Positions 1 to 12,605 of a DNA stretch of 64,000 nt are shown here, piece after piece. Below the pieces are notes generated by a model. That model was not told where the DNA came from, searched no databases, and saw nothing but the letters and a program-made list of their open reading frames with translations. Position 1 is the first letter of the stretch, and each line of letters begins with the position of its first letter. The position numbers and the translations under genes are program-made. The stretch comes from Utricularia gibba (lineage: Eukaryota > Plantae > Magnoliophyta), in the NCBI GenBank assembly GCA_002189035.1, contig NEEC01000024.1:620001-684000 (forward strand), read 5' to 3'.

Positions 1-1262
1 GCTAGCCCACTGAAAACAAGCTATAGAAGAAGAACTCATGATGATCAAGAAACACAACACATGGACCTTGGTTGATCGTCTAGTTGAAGCAAATATCATC
101 AGTCTAAAATGAGTGTTCGAAATTAAGACTCATGCTGATGGAAGTCTTGAGAAATACAAAGCAAGGTTGGTAGTCAAGGGCTATTCTCAAGAATATGGAA
201 TTGATTATTATGACACCTTTGCACCAGTAGCCAGATTCAACACCATACGACTCTAAGCAGCAGTTGCAACTCAAGAACATTGGCAAGTCCACTAAATGGA
301 TGTCAAATCTGCTTTCTTGAATGGTGACTTGCAAGAGAAGATCTATTGCAAGCAGCCCTCGGGTTTTGAGGTGACAGGACGTAAAGTGTGCTTATAACTC
401 AAGGCTCTGTATGGCTTGAAACAAGCACTACAAGCTTGGTATGAGAAGCTTGAGAATGCACTATTGGAATTTGGCTTTAAGAAGAGCAAGAATGAAGCTT
501 CATTATTTGTATTCCAAAAAAGTGATCAAGAAATGCTTATCAATGTCATCTACATCGATGATATCATGATTACAGCAAGTAGTCTATCTCAAATAAATTT
601 GCTCAAGAACTTCTTGAAAATGAAGTTTGAGATGACTGATCTTGAACTTCAAGAGCATGGAACTTCTAGAGATGACTGAAGCTTGAGATTACAGCATTAC
701 CTTCTAGGAATGGAGATTCCCAACTTCAAGAATATATTCTCCTCCCTTGAGTAAAATTTGGATATCAAAATTGCTCTCCAGTAAATGTTCCCATTCTTCA
801 AAATTTTAAGACTGTGCTTGTAGAAGTTGGAAAAGATGCTGATCATGCTTTACAGATCAATGGTGGGGTCGTTTATGTTCTTAACTACTACCTAGCCTAC
901 TATGATGTTTGATGTGAGCAGGTTGCCCAGATTTATGCATTGTCCTATGGAGCACCACCTGTAGTGTGCAAAAAGAGTAATTACGTATGTTGTTGGAACC
1001 ATGAACCATGGCCTATACTATAATAGAAACAATAGAGCACTTCATTGTTTTGTCAACTCAGATTTTGTTGGAGCTAGAGACTTCATGAGTACTTCAAGAT
1101 ACATTTTCAACTATTTTTCTACTGGAATGAGCTGGAATTCCAAGAAGCAAGGTAGAGATAGCTCAATCCACAACTCAAGTTGTGGATATATTTGCGAAGG
1201 CATTGCCTCTTGGTCAAGTTGAAAAGTTGAGGAATGAACTTGGTTTGATAGATGGAAATATG
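1..1262 (+). mobile_element. Degenerate Ty1/Copia reverse transcriptase-RNase H remnant (copy 1)
   Basis: Manual translation from base 1 gives [57 protein letters not shown] 416-679 contains IYIDDIMI (YVDD-like) and ORF 1001-1222 contains SWNSKKQ (RNase H). Many stops and frameshifts. Confidence 0.92.
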
Positions 1263-1264
1263 CT

Positions 1265-1620
1265 CAAGGGGGAGTATGTCAACACGTGATCGTTAATTCA
1301 AGCAAACTGATCTATGAATCAGTCTCCAATCTTCCTTACTCATGGACATTGACTGAGGATTTGTTATTTCAGTTCCATAATAAATGGGTTTACTACATGT
1401 AAATCAATTGCAATTTTTGGAAGATTAGTTTAGTCATTGTCTATTTAAATGATGTTGTTGTCTTCATTTTGACTTTTGGAAGATTAGTTTTGTCTGCTCA
1501 ATAAACCTACTATCTTGCTGCACATTTGCCTACATTAATTTTTTTCCAAATCATCAAGTCCTGAGAGTTTTGTTTGGTCCTTTCTTTTATTGTTTTCATT
1601 CCTAACGTATTCAAACTTGG
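1265..1620 (+). mobile_element. Copia polypurine tract (AAGGGGGAG) followed by putative 3' LTR
   Basis: caagggggag directly after the RNase H, then TGTCAAC, a CTATTTAAAT TATA-like box and a 17-nt direct repeat (ttttggaagattagttt). The LTR 3' end is not defined. Confidence 0.55.
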
Positions 1621-1629
1621 CCCTTTCAA

Positions 1630-2557
1630 GCCACAAACAGTTGAGAGGCACTTGATCATGCATGTTTGATTGAGGCAATCAAAGAAGAGCTCAAAATGAT
1701 TCGAAAACATCATACCTAGACCATGATTCATCCATCATTAGGAGCTAACATTATTTGTGTAAAGTGGGTATTCGAAACCAAGACTAAACATGATGGAACT
1801 CTTCGATGTTACAAGCCATGGCTGGTGGTGAAAGGTTATTCCCAAGAGTATAAAATAGACTATTATGATACCATTGTACTAGTAACTTGATTTGGCACCA
1901 TCAGACTCTTAATTGTCATCGTTGCAGAAGAGAATTATCAAATATATCAAATGGATGCCAAGCGAGCCTTCTTGAATGGAGAATCGCTAGAAAAAATTTA
2001 TTGTAAATTGCCCCGAAGTTTTGAAGTTCTTGGAAAGAGGTATGTCTTCTTAGAAAGGCATTAAACAGTTTGAAAACAACCTTTTTGTGTGTTATATGAA
2101 AAGCTCAAGAATGTCCTCCTTGAGTTCGGCTTCATAAAGAGCAAAAATAAAACAACTCAGTTTGTCCTCCAATTGGGTACTGAGCACACACCCAATTCAA
2201 GTTATATATATATCAAAGATATCATGATCATCGAGAGCAACCTACTGAAGATTCATAAGTTCTAGGAGTTTTTGAAATCGAAGCTTGAAATGATAAATAC
2301 GAGATTAATGCACCAGTTTTGAGGATGAAAGTTAAAAAATTTCAATGTCAGATTTTCTTATCTTGTGTCAAGTTCTTTACGAATTTTTTAAGAAAATTTG
2401 GATACTCTACTCCCCTATTAATGTTCCTATCTTGAAAAACTACAAGTTTATGTTTACTAAATTGGAAAAACTAGTAATGCTACTCTCTACCGATTAATGG
2501 TTATATCTCTTATGTTTCTACTAATATGTGACACCATCTAGATTTATGCATTGTCAG
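1630..2557 (+). mobile_element. Second degenerate Copia RT remnant, related to copy 1
   Basis: Translates to EAIKEELKMIRKHHT..GANIICVKWVF..KGYSQEYKIDYYDT..QMDAKRAFLNGE. Shares agatttatgcattgtc with copy 1 just before the hAT junction. Confidence 0.88.
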
Positions 2558-5370
2558 AAGGATGCAATATTGAAATATGGGGAAAGAATATTGACAAATA
2601 CATGTCTCTATATGGTTTTGTTGATTTTGAGTGTGCTAGAGCCAAAGACTTCAAGAGTACATTAGGAAAGAATTTATCTATTAAAGGTCAATTATTTCAT
2701 GTTTGTTGTTATGCTCATATATTAAATCTTTTGGTACAAGATGGTTTGAATGAAATTGATGATATTGTTGATTGTATTAGAGATGGACTCAAATATTTGA
2801 ATAGTTCATAGACTCGTCTAATAGAATTTAGAAAGGTAAAATAATGTTCAAATTGACTATCATAAAATTGATTTTGTACTGTCCTACTATAGAATTCCAC
2901 ATACATGATGTTATCTGCAATGAAAGTTAAAATGTGATTATGAGATATAAGGAGAGATATATTGGTTTTTGTTATGTTCCGACTATTGATGAGTGGTTGT
3001 AAGTGCAGTAAGTATGTGATGGCATTTATGTGTTGAAGAACATTAATTTAGTTTCAAATTACCCAACATCTAATCTTATTCTCACAGAGTCTTCTAGACT
3101 GAAATAACTTTTGGTTAAGAAAAGTTTAGATCCTATTGCTTGTGTAAGGGATATGGCATTTACTATGAAATTGAAATTTGATGGGTATTGGAGTGAATGT
3201 AATATGATAATAGCATTAGGACTTGTTTTAGATCCTATACTCAAATTGGAGTTGTTGGAATTTACTTTTCCAATACTGTATGGAGAGGATAAGGCATATG
3301 AAAATATTGAGGAAGTCAAGGAGAAACTTATTGATGCGACCCTTCAAACAAGAAGTGTTTGATAAATGACACTAGATATCACAAACAAAGGTCGATAATT
3401 TTACAATAATTCAAGGAAGGAGCTAATGACACACAAACTTTTCTATTTCTACGATATAAAAATTATAACTCTTTAACAATGTTTTACCTATTTATCTTAT
3501 GGTTTTTCAATATTCTATAAAAATTTAGAAAATGTGTGATTTGTGTGTGTTAGTGGACTAAATCAAAGGATTTAGCCCACTTCATATTCTAACCCAATTG
3601 CCAGCCTCCATCAAAGTTTGAGATCAGGGGCAAAGCATCATTTTTGTGCAAGCAGCCAATTCACAGGAGCCGTATAAAATAAGGAACAACCAGTGCACTA
3701 TGACCACAATAGACTGCAAGTTAGAGACAGGGGCAATATGGTTGTCATAAAATTGTACTTGCTTTAGAAAATGAAAGAGAAGAATATTTTGGAAGAGAGA
3801 GAATGAAAAAAAGAGAGCTTCAACAACAAAGAATAGAGACAAATTACTCTAGAAGAACGAACAAGAAAGTGGGACAAAGACAATTACTCTAGAAGGAGAG
3901 TCAAAAACTTGAAAAACAATATCAAGAACCCAGTTCACCATTACTATTTCAAATTGTGAATAGTAGTAGATGGAAGCAAAAACTTATTTTACATTATTCT
4001 CATTTATTGAACACTTTACCTTTGTTACTCATTCTCTTACAATAATTGTGATGACATTTTCAGGTTATCTTTATGAAAACTTACTTTGGGCACCAATTAT
4101 GAGTGACTAAACTTTTGAGATGCTTAGGATAATGAAGGTGGTGTGGCATGAATGTCTATTTTGATTGTGATTTTCGCAAAATTTCTGTATGTAATACTAT
4201 GCCTCAGGTAGACCTAATGGGTAGATAATCAGCTGCATAACTCAAACTCTCAACTTTAAGGTAGACCAAAGAGTTGAAACAAGCCTAATAGGTGTTACTC
4301 TCAAATAGAACAACTAGAACCAGGTAAACATAGTTATATGTGTTTCACGAATTGGTAAATTTATGCGTGAAATGGGTAGTGATACTAGTGAAGATTGTAG
4401 CCAAAAATAAAGTAAATGACCAGGGTAGACTCAAGTGTTTTGGAATAATGAAAATGTGAGATTGCATGCAAAATTTGGGGTTTGTTTATCATACCACCAG
4501 AGTATCTTGAGGCGTCATATTACTCTTTGTGCAAAAGTTGAGTTTATTTACCTTCTATATTGTTATTTGCTGTGAATTTCCTGCCTTATATATTAATGTT
4601 AGTCTGACTTTATACCAAGAGTCATGTTTTTTCTTTAATCCTACATTTGATAAAAACAATTAACAAGCACTTATTCTTTGATTGACCCCAAAATTTCACA
4701 ATGCAATTAGTGTTTAATTTGTATTTTATGAAAATTATGGTTTACAAATTTGTATTTATCAGGAACATTGCTATCAACATTAAAATCAGAATTATCTATA
4801 AACAAGAATGAAACTCTTCTTATATAGGTAAAAAAAATAGATTTAGTCAAAATAAAACTACTAAGAGTGAACTAGAAAAAAGTGGCCCAAGTTTACTCCA
4901 CTTGGTCCACTTTAAATAGATTGAACTCAATGTCAAACTCTTTATTGATTTGTTGATTGGCCTATAATCCCTTTAGAAGCTCTTAATTATTTCAGGTTCT
5001 TTATCTAGTGATTAACCCAAGTGAAAATATAGGAAGATTGGTGTCCTTTACTTCATAATCTAAGTGATATCATCACTTATCTATCAATATCAGATAATAT
5101 GTCTTGAAGAAGATCATATAATAAGCCAAAAATTGTGATTGGCATGTTGAAGTTGCTTTTTCATTGGAGAAGTTGCATTTAAGTTCAATATTTTGAATTA
5201 GTCAAAAATAGTATGACATATCTTATCTTCACCAATACTGAAGATTTTGGCTATACTTATGATATATGTCACAAGAGAAGCTATGTTTAGTACTGGTTAT
5301 TGAGTTATAAATAATTTTCAATTAAATTTGTCAATTGAAACGTATAAAATAAATTCATAGAATAAAGAAA
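2558..5370 (+). mobile_element. hAT (Ac/Daysleeper-like) transposase remnant, interrupted by a solo LTR
   Basis: HVCCYAHILNLLVQDGL (2551-2811) and MKLKFDGYWSECN..LVLDPILKL (3111-3362). A dimerisation-domain remnant LAILMIYVTREAMFSTG.VINNFQLNLSIET lies at ~5240-5350. Confidence 0.85.
3424..4761 (+). mobile_element. Old solo LTR, Athila subfamily A
   Basis: Termini TAATGACACAC...TTTATCA, near-TSD GGAGC/GGAAC, and colinear similarity to the LTRs at 20798-22154 and 6715-8079, including the hairpin at 3553-3580. Confidence 0.8.
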
Positions 5371-6714
5371 TCTATATCTGCAGGTAATATTACATTGTAT
5401 TTTTTTGTGAACCATATTAGACTTCTATAAGAATAAGAAATTTGTAGTAGCAATGCAAGTGCTGAGAAGTATAGAATAAGAAAAAACAGAAGAAGAATAT
5501 AATACATATATTTAATTTCCAAAATAAATATTAATTCACTTTTTTTGTTATTTATTTTATTAGAAACATGAACAATAATAAATTTCTATCTTTAAATTTG
5601 AATTATATAAATATTTAATATTTTTAAATTCATTTTGAATACAAAAAATTATAATCATTTATAAATACAAATATATTCATAAACATTAAATAAACGAATA
5701 TGAAAAAAAATCTAATTTGATTAACTTAAATACACAAACATTACTAAATTTCTTATTTGATAAACTTAAATAAATGAATATTAAAAATTTTAATTCGATA
5801 AATTTAAATAAATGAACACAAACATAACTATTTGTGTTATGTTGTTCGCTAAGACATTCCCAAGAAGCTTTTTGAAATCATACATTGCCTTGATCTCAAA
5901 ACTGCTTCTCGTTTCTCAACTCTCTCTTGTTTCATTATAATTATTGATGTGTGATTTTGTATCATTACAAAACATCTTTATTCATTATTCTTGAGTGTTT
6001 TTACCTACTTTAAACTTTACTTTATCATTACTTTCAATTGATTTTTCTATCTTTCACACTACTTTGACATTCTAGGAGAAAAAGTGTATTTTGTGGATTT
6101 TTAGGGTATTTTTGGATCAATTTAAAAAGAAATCAAGATCCAAAAATTTATGGATTTGATGGGCCCCAAATCTCAATTGAAGACTCAATCAAAGGATGAA
6201 GATTTGGTCCAAAATTTTTAAATATGATAAAAATTTGAAGATAATCTTAAAAGTTCTAGATAAAAGATTTGGATTGAAAATCTTATTCAAATCTATTAAG
6301 CAAATTCAATACGAAGATTCGAATCTACTTTACAATAAATCCCCCACTCTGTCAATCATTAGAGACATGTTTTGACCACTTTTCTCTTGTACTTTTTCAT
6401 ATTTTCATGCTTATTTTCATATTAGACTCGAGCATGGCATGGTTCCATTTATGGTTAAGGATTTGTGGTAAAGCCTTGCTTGTGCGAGTTTTATGTGTGT
6501 GATTGTTTTCCTATGTTTATCGATATTTAATTTGAGATTTGCTTCTACTTTTCGTAACGTTTTCTTCACCTGCAAGCTCTTCAATACCACATAACCCTAG
6601 GGAATGTGGGAGAATCTGGAATTGGTCTCAAGCGTCGAAGGAGAAGAGCTGAATCGGTACGCTACATTCTGTCTAATTTATGTGCGAGGTGTGAGTGAAG
6701 AGGTTAGTGGCCTT

Positions 6715-8079
6715 TGATAAACGGAGATTTTAGCATATCATTGCAATAAAAGCAAATTTCCATATCAAATAAATTTTTAGTCCCTAATCTACACAAAATA
6801 CAAATTTAGAAAACTTGTATAGTGGATGACGGGGTCGATCACGAAGAGCTTGTGTTTGCTAAATGTTTTAGTAAATGCATAATTCAGAATAACAGTAAGT
6901 CATCTAAGCTCAAACTAGTGGTGGTGAGTAAGTTTAGTAAACGAAATCAGGTTTCAATGTGAAAAGTAACAAGTATTAGTTCTAACTTAGAATAATACGT
7001 AGATGCCTTAAGGGTTTGCAAGTGGTGTGGGGCTAAAATGTCTAAGTTAAATTACCATGTTCCTGTACTCACAACTTCAAATCACCTAGGTCTACCCAGA
7101 TCATTCATCATATTTTCGGCTAGGCTAGTCCCTAATGTCATCACCAATCTTACAATTAGATCTATCCACATGCAAAGTATATAGAAAGGTCCACCCGGTT
7201 CTATTGGTTCTACTCCGGACTAACACCTACTGTTCCTGTCTTGAATTGTTGGTCTACCTCTAAATCAAGCTTCTAAGTTGAGAAGTTACTTGTTCCCCTC
7301 TATAGGACTACCCATGGAATGATAGAAACAAGAACTAAGAAACAATGATGAATTTTATTAAGAATCCTAGACCCACACCATCATGCTCCACCTTAAGACT
7401 CATATTTTATAGGTAAAATGTAATGGCATTAACATGAAGCAGCGAAAATGTTGAGAACATCATGCAAAAGTTGGTTGCAGAAGCTAAAAACATAATTAAA
7501 CAAAAATAAAGCAGTAAGGGTTCTGGATTCCATCTGCCACTGTTCATAGGCCGGAACAGTGGCGTTGGACTGGGTCTTGATCTCCTTCCTTCACGCTAGA
7601 GGTTCTTCTCCAGAAAAATCGCCCTCGTTCTCCTTCTCCTTCAGTATTCTTCGTGTTCGAGTTGGGGGAGAAAACCCCTCGTGTCTATCCTGCAAATTGC
7701 TGGTTCCTTATTTTGCGACTCTCTCTCCTCCTCGTCTTTCTCTCGCCTTCCACTCCCCAAGGCAAGTACATTCTCTAACAAATCTGATGCTCCTAGCCCT
7801 GACTTGCAGACTGCCGCCATAACAGTGTACTCATTGCCCCCTGCAGCCTGGTGGCTTGCATAAAATCTAGATTTCTTCCTTGATTTTTGGGTTGCTGCTA
7901 AACTCAAAATCGGGTTAGACATGGGGTGGGCTAAATCCTTTGATTTAGCCCACTAATACACCAAAAGCACATTTTCCCTAATCAAATAAAAATACTTAAA
8001 ACTATAAAATTAACAACTAAACATAATTAAAAATTTGTGATTTTCATATCATAAAAGTAGGAAAATTTGTGTGCTATCA
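6715..8079 (-). repeat. 3' LTR (1365 bp), Athila subfamily A
   Basis: TGATA...TATCA inverted termini and homology to 20798-22154, 27752-28560 and 15893-16290. Confidence 0.88.
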
Positions 8080-9039
8080 CACTATACTACAACAACACTA
8101 GAATCGTCCCCAAGTCCTACCTAAGACTAATAGAGAACTGGTTCTTTCAGCATCAATGATGAACATAAAAACTAAGAGTAAATTTCGATACATGAGCCAC
8201 AAAAGTGTAAGTGTGTATGCCATTTCATCACTCAAATGTGCATGAGTAGATTCCTAAACCCTAAACCCTAAAGCACCTCATAATTGGCGCTATCTTTATT
8301 ATTATTTTATTTTATTTTCGTTACATACATAGGAAAAATAGGCAGGCAGTTTAGGTCCTGACGACTTGCAAATTCCTTGATTAGCCCTTGCCTGAGATTC
8401 CAAATGGAGTGGTTCCAGACTAATCCAGGCATAATGTGATTGCCCTTTTCTTCATCAGAGTTTTGGCCATGCACTCACACCTTATAACACTAGGCTCCTT
8501 CATACTCCTCTGAATTAGTCTATCCTTGCTTACCCTTCCACTACTTATTGAGTCTGCACATGCTCTTTTGATATGTGCTGCTTTTTAGGACTTGGGTCTC
8601 ATGTTTTTTTTTCTTTTTTTTTTCTCTTTTTTTTTCGACCCTTTATTCACCTTTCTGCTTTTTTCGTGGTTGGCAACCAGTTCCACATTAACTATGAAGT
8701 TCAACAACTTATATATAAAAAAACAATCTAGATCACACTCCTTAGATTCCTCTAGTCATACATATGCTCTCATAAAATAAAAAGATAAAAACATGCTCAC
8801 AGGTATCCGAAAGGTCTACAAAGCTCATGCAACATAATTCATCTAACAGTTGTAATGTTCAATCACATAGCTATCAGAAATAGTTTGTTGCTACCAAACA
8901 AAACTATAGTAGACATGACTCCTAGCCTAGACTTAGACTAAAAAATACCACTCGTTCTTGACATAAACATAATCTTAAACATGAAAATAAAATCAAACAA
9001 AAATAAAAACCTACTATACTAAATCGTTCTAGCAGCAGA

Positions 9040-10908
9040 TTACTTGTTCAAGGAGGTGTCGGCCACTCCCTGTTTCAACTCTGTAATCACCCGAATTAAG
9101 TATGAAATTTTGTTGCTCATCACCTCCAATATTTCTGGGCAGTAGCAGCATTTTTCTCTTTGTGCTGGAGTTGAGGTTGATGGAGCAACAGCCTCTTCTT
9201 TCTTCTTCCTTGGGATAACGTTTCCTTCCAGTCCTATCAAAGATCTAAAAAAAAACCCACTTCCTTGGGCTTTAATTAGTTCAGCAACTTTCAATAAATA
9301 TGCATCCAGTGGTACTGTCTTAGTCTCAACATGGAAACATTCAAGTTTAGACAGTTTTTCAGGACAAAGAGTATGAACCAGATGCATAACAATATGACCA
9401 AAGCTTAGTTGCTGAATTTTTGTACACCTATAATCCCTATTCATTTGTTCAGTAAGCATTGCACCTAAGTTCATAGACCGCTTATTCATAATACACCACA
9501 ACACAAATAATTCACGTTTGTAAAGAGCATTAAATCCAACATTTTTTCCGAAAAGAGTTGTAGTGACTAACATGTGAACATAACGCATGAACGGATCAAC
9601 AAACAATTCAGATTTCGTTCCCTTTGCCTTAAATTCAATGACATGCTGATCAGTCAAAATTCCATAAAATTCTTCAGCATCAAAGTCTACTGGATAATCA
9701 AATAAAGAAGCACCAAAATCATGCGAATCTAATTGCTGTTTCGAACAAAAACTAAGGGCAACATTCCACTCAGCCAATGAAAATGAAAATTCAGTGCCCA
9801 TCAAATGAAAGGAAATAGCAGCAGGCTCCAAAACCGTTTCCAGAATTTTGAAAGTAAATGTGGAAGCAAATTCATAGGATAGTTCCACATAAGCAGGGAG
9901 TTTTAACTCAAATAAAATCATGAAGGCGGAATTCTCAAACATGGTGTAAACCTTGTCTACTATGTTCAACTCAACAAGAATTTCAAAATCAATATGACGG
10001 CAAGGTAATACCTGTCACCTCTCCATACCTTTCCATGTACTCTGCTATCTCAACTTAAGGTATTTTTCGTTTAACATATCCGCATGGTGCTTGAAATAGG
10101 GAATTCCTTTCCCGGTCATTTGTCTTTGGAACCGCTCCCTTTCCAGAGCAAATTTCCCTGCATTCATGAACATAGGGACTAATTTTGGGAGAAATTTCTT
10201 TACCTTCTCCATACCTTCCTGCTCCTCTTCAGTTGTGCTCGCAGCAGTTTCTACAGGTGCCGTTCTCTGCTCTTTCTGACCTCGGACTAGTGGCTGCACA
10301 CGCTGTTCGTCCGTTTCCTATCCATGTCCCGTTTCATTTTTATCTCCAACCTCCTCTTGATTTTTCTCTTTCTGAATTTCATTTTCAGCCTCAGGTTCTT
10401 CTTCTGCTGCCCCTTCTTTATTTCTGGAAATTTCCACTTTTCCCTCCAGGGCAAGCAGCACTTATTTTTCGGGTACAGCATATTCCTTTTCAGTCACAAG
10501 TTCCTCCAGCGGAACCTTCTGCTTTTTCGTTTCGTGTTTCTTCCCCTTCTTCTTAGGCGAGACCTGCGGCTCTGTTGGTGGTTCTTCCTTTGAAGCTTTT
10601 CTCTTCTTATAAGTCTGTTGCATGTCTTTCAATCGTTGCTAGAGGCTGATATGCTCTGACATGGAGGATGGGTCCTTCTATTTTTTCCATTTAGAGGACT
10701 CCCCAACCTCCGCTGTGTGAGGGATCAAGTCTGCTTCTCGAGGATTTTCTGTGGTGGCAGCACCAGGCTGAACCACTTCTTTCTGGGTTGGAACAATAGT
10801 GGTGGTTGCTCCAGCATCCCTTGTTCCTTCCGTCGCTTGCTCCTTTTGCGTCTTTTTCCGGCCAGACTTCTCCTTTGTGGCCTTCTTTGTGCTTCGTGTC
10901 GCTAGCAT
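9040..10908 (-). pseudogene. Athila accessory ('env-position') ORF with a K/E/R-rich N-terminus and an ATHILA ORF-1 / Transposase_32-like domain; interrupted
   Basis: Starts MLATRSTKK at 10908. A low-complexity basic/acidic stretch follows, then RHIDFEILVELNIVDKV..ELSYEFASTF..FGHIVMHL (309-aa ORF 9040-9969). Lies between the integrase and the 3' LTR. Confidence 0.75.
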
Positions 10909-11254
10909 CGTGTTTCTACAATTGTAACTTTTTCGCAGAAAAATCGCAAACAAATGGGTGAAGTGAAGAACAGTAACTATTCTTCCAAGTACTTTTAAGC
11001 ATGAAGAGCATTTTTGTCATTCCCCATGGGTACAACTTCCCACTCATCTTAACGGTCTGATTTTTGTAACTCCCTATCAATAACTCCTCTTAACATGAAA
11101 AATCATTTTTATTGTTAAGTCCTAAAATACGGATAAAAGTCCTAAAATAACAAGATTAAAACTAATAATTAAAATGCTGAAATTAAAAACTTAACCATGG
11201 CTTGCCTCCCATAAGCACCCTTGTTTATTGTCTTGGACCTGACTTCTTGTGTGG

Positions 11255-12605
11255 CTACGTTTCTGGAGCATCCATCAACTTGGTCACCTCCAGATTTCGT
11301 GTGAACATGTTAGAATTTTCATAAAAAACTTTCAACCTATGCCCATTTATCAAAAATCCTTTGTTTAAATCTCCATCAAATATCTCCACAGCACCATTTG
11401 GAAAAATTTCTTTCACAATAAAAGGCCCTATCCATCTTGATTTCTGCTTCCCAGGATGCAACTTCAACCCGGATTGGGATAATAATACTTTCTGGCCAAT
11501 CTCGAAATTTCTCCTGGAAATATGCGCATCTTGATAACTCTTTGTTCGAGCCTTAAATAATTTTGAGCTCTCGTACACATCACTTCTCAACTCCTCCAAT
11601 TCTGAAAGCTAGAGCTTCCTGTGGCTTGCACTAAGGTTGCTGTCCAAGTTCAACTTCTTCACTGCCCATCAGTCCATGTGCTCAAGAGCTGCTGGTAATC
11701 TACAAGGCTTCCCATAGACCAACCAACAGGGTGAGGTCCCAATGGGAGTCTTGTATGTTGTTTGTATAGCCCAAAGTGCATCCTTTAACCTCATGCTTCA
11801 GTCATTCCTGCTTGGGTTCAAATCTTTCTCCAAAATTTGCTTGATTTCCCTGTTAGAGACTTCGGCTTGCCCATTGGTTTTTGGAATGTACTCTGTAGAA
11901 GGATTGTAACAAACATTAAAATGTTTCAAAACACTCCTTAAGGCCTGATTGTAAAAATGCGTTCCCCTATCACTAATCAGCGCCTTAGGAGTTCCATATC
12001 TCGTGAAGATGTTGTTGCGCAAGAAATTAATCACCGTCTTCGCATCATCAGTCCGTGTAGGGACTGCCTCAATCCATTTGGACACATAATCAACCACAAC
12101 CAAAATGTAATTGTAACCTGCTGAAGTAGGAAACGCTCCAATAAAATCTATACCCCATACATCAAATAATTCACATACCAGGATTACTTACTGGGGTATT
12201 TCGTTTCGGTTTGATAAATTTCCTACCCTTTGGCATGGTTCACAACTTTTGCAATAGGCGTAACAATCTCTAAAAATATGTGGCCAATAAAATCCACAGT
12301 CTAGAATTTTTCTAGCTAATTCTACTTGCTCCATGATAGCCACCAAAAGGTCCTGCATGACAAGAATCAATTATTTTTGGAATTTCATTTTCATGAACGC
12401 ACCTTCGAATGACGCCATCATTGCATCTCTTCCATAAATATGGATCATCCCATATGTAGTATTTGGCATCACTCTTCAGCTTGTTCCTCACATGATAGTC
12501 CATTCCAGGTGGCGTCACCCCTATTGAAACAAAGTTTGCAAGATCAGCGAACCACGATTCACGAATAGTAGTCCGAACTAAGAATAGCTGTTCATCCGAA
12601 AACAT
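11255..12605 (-). pseudogene. Gypsy integrase (frameshifted)
   Basis: YHGASR..CGFYWPHIFRDC..CKSCEPCQ zinc finger, [12 protein letters not shown] core and KSRWIGPF (GPY/F) motif across four ORF pieces. Confidence 0.93.

Noticed and set aside
10185-10593. Plus-strand Phe/Leu-rich ORFs as membrane proteins
   Set aside because: They are antisense shadows of the purine-rich K/E/R region of the Athila accessory ORF.
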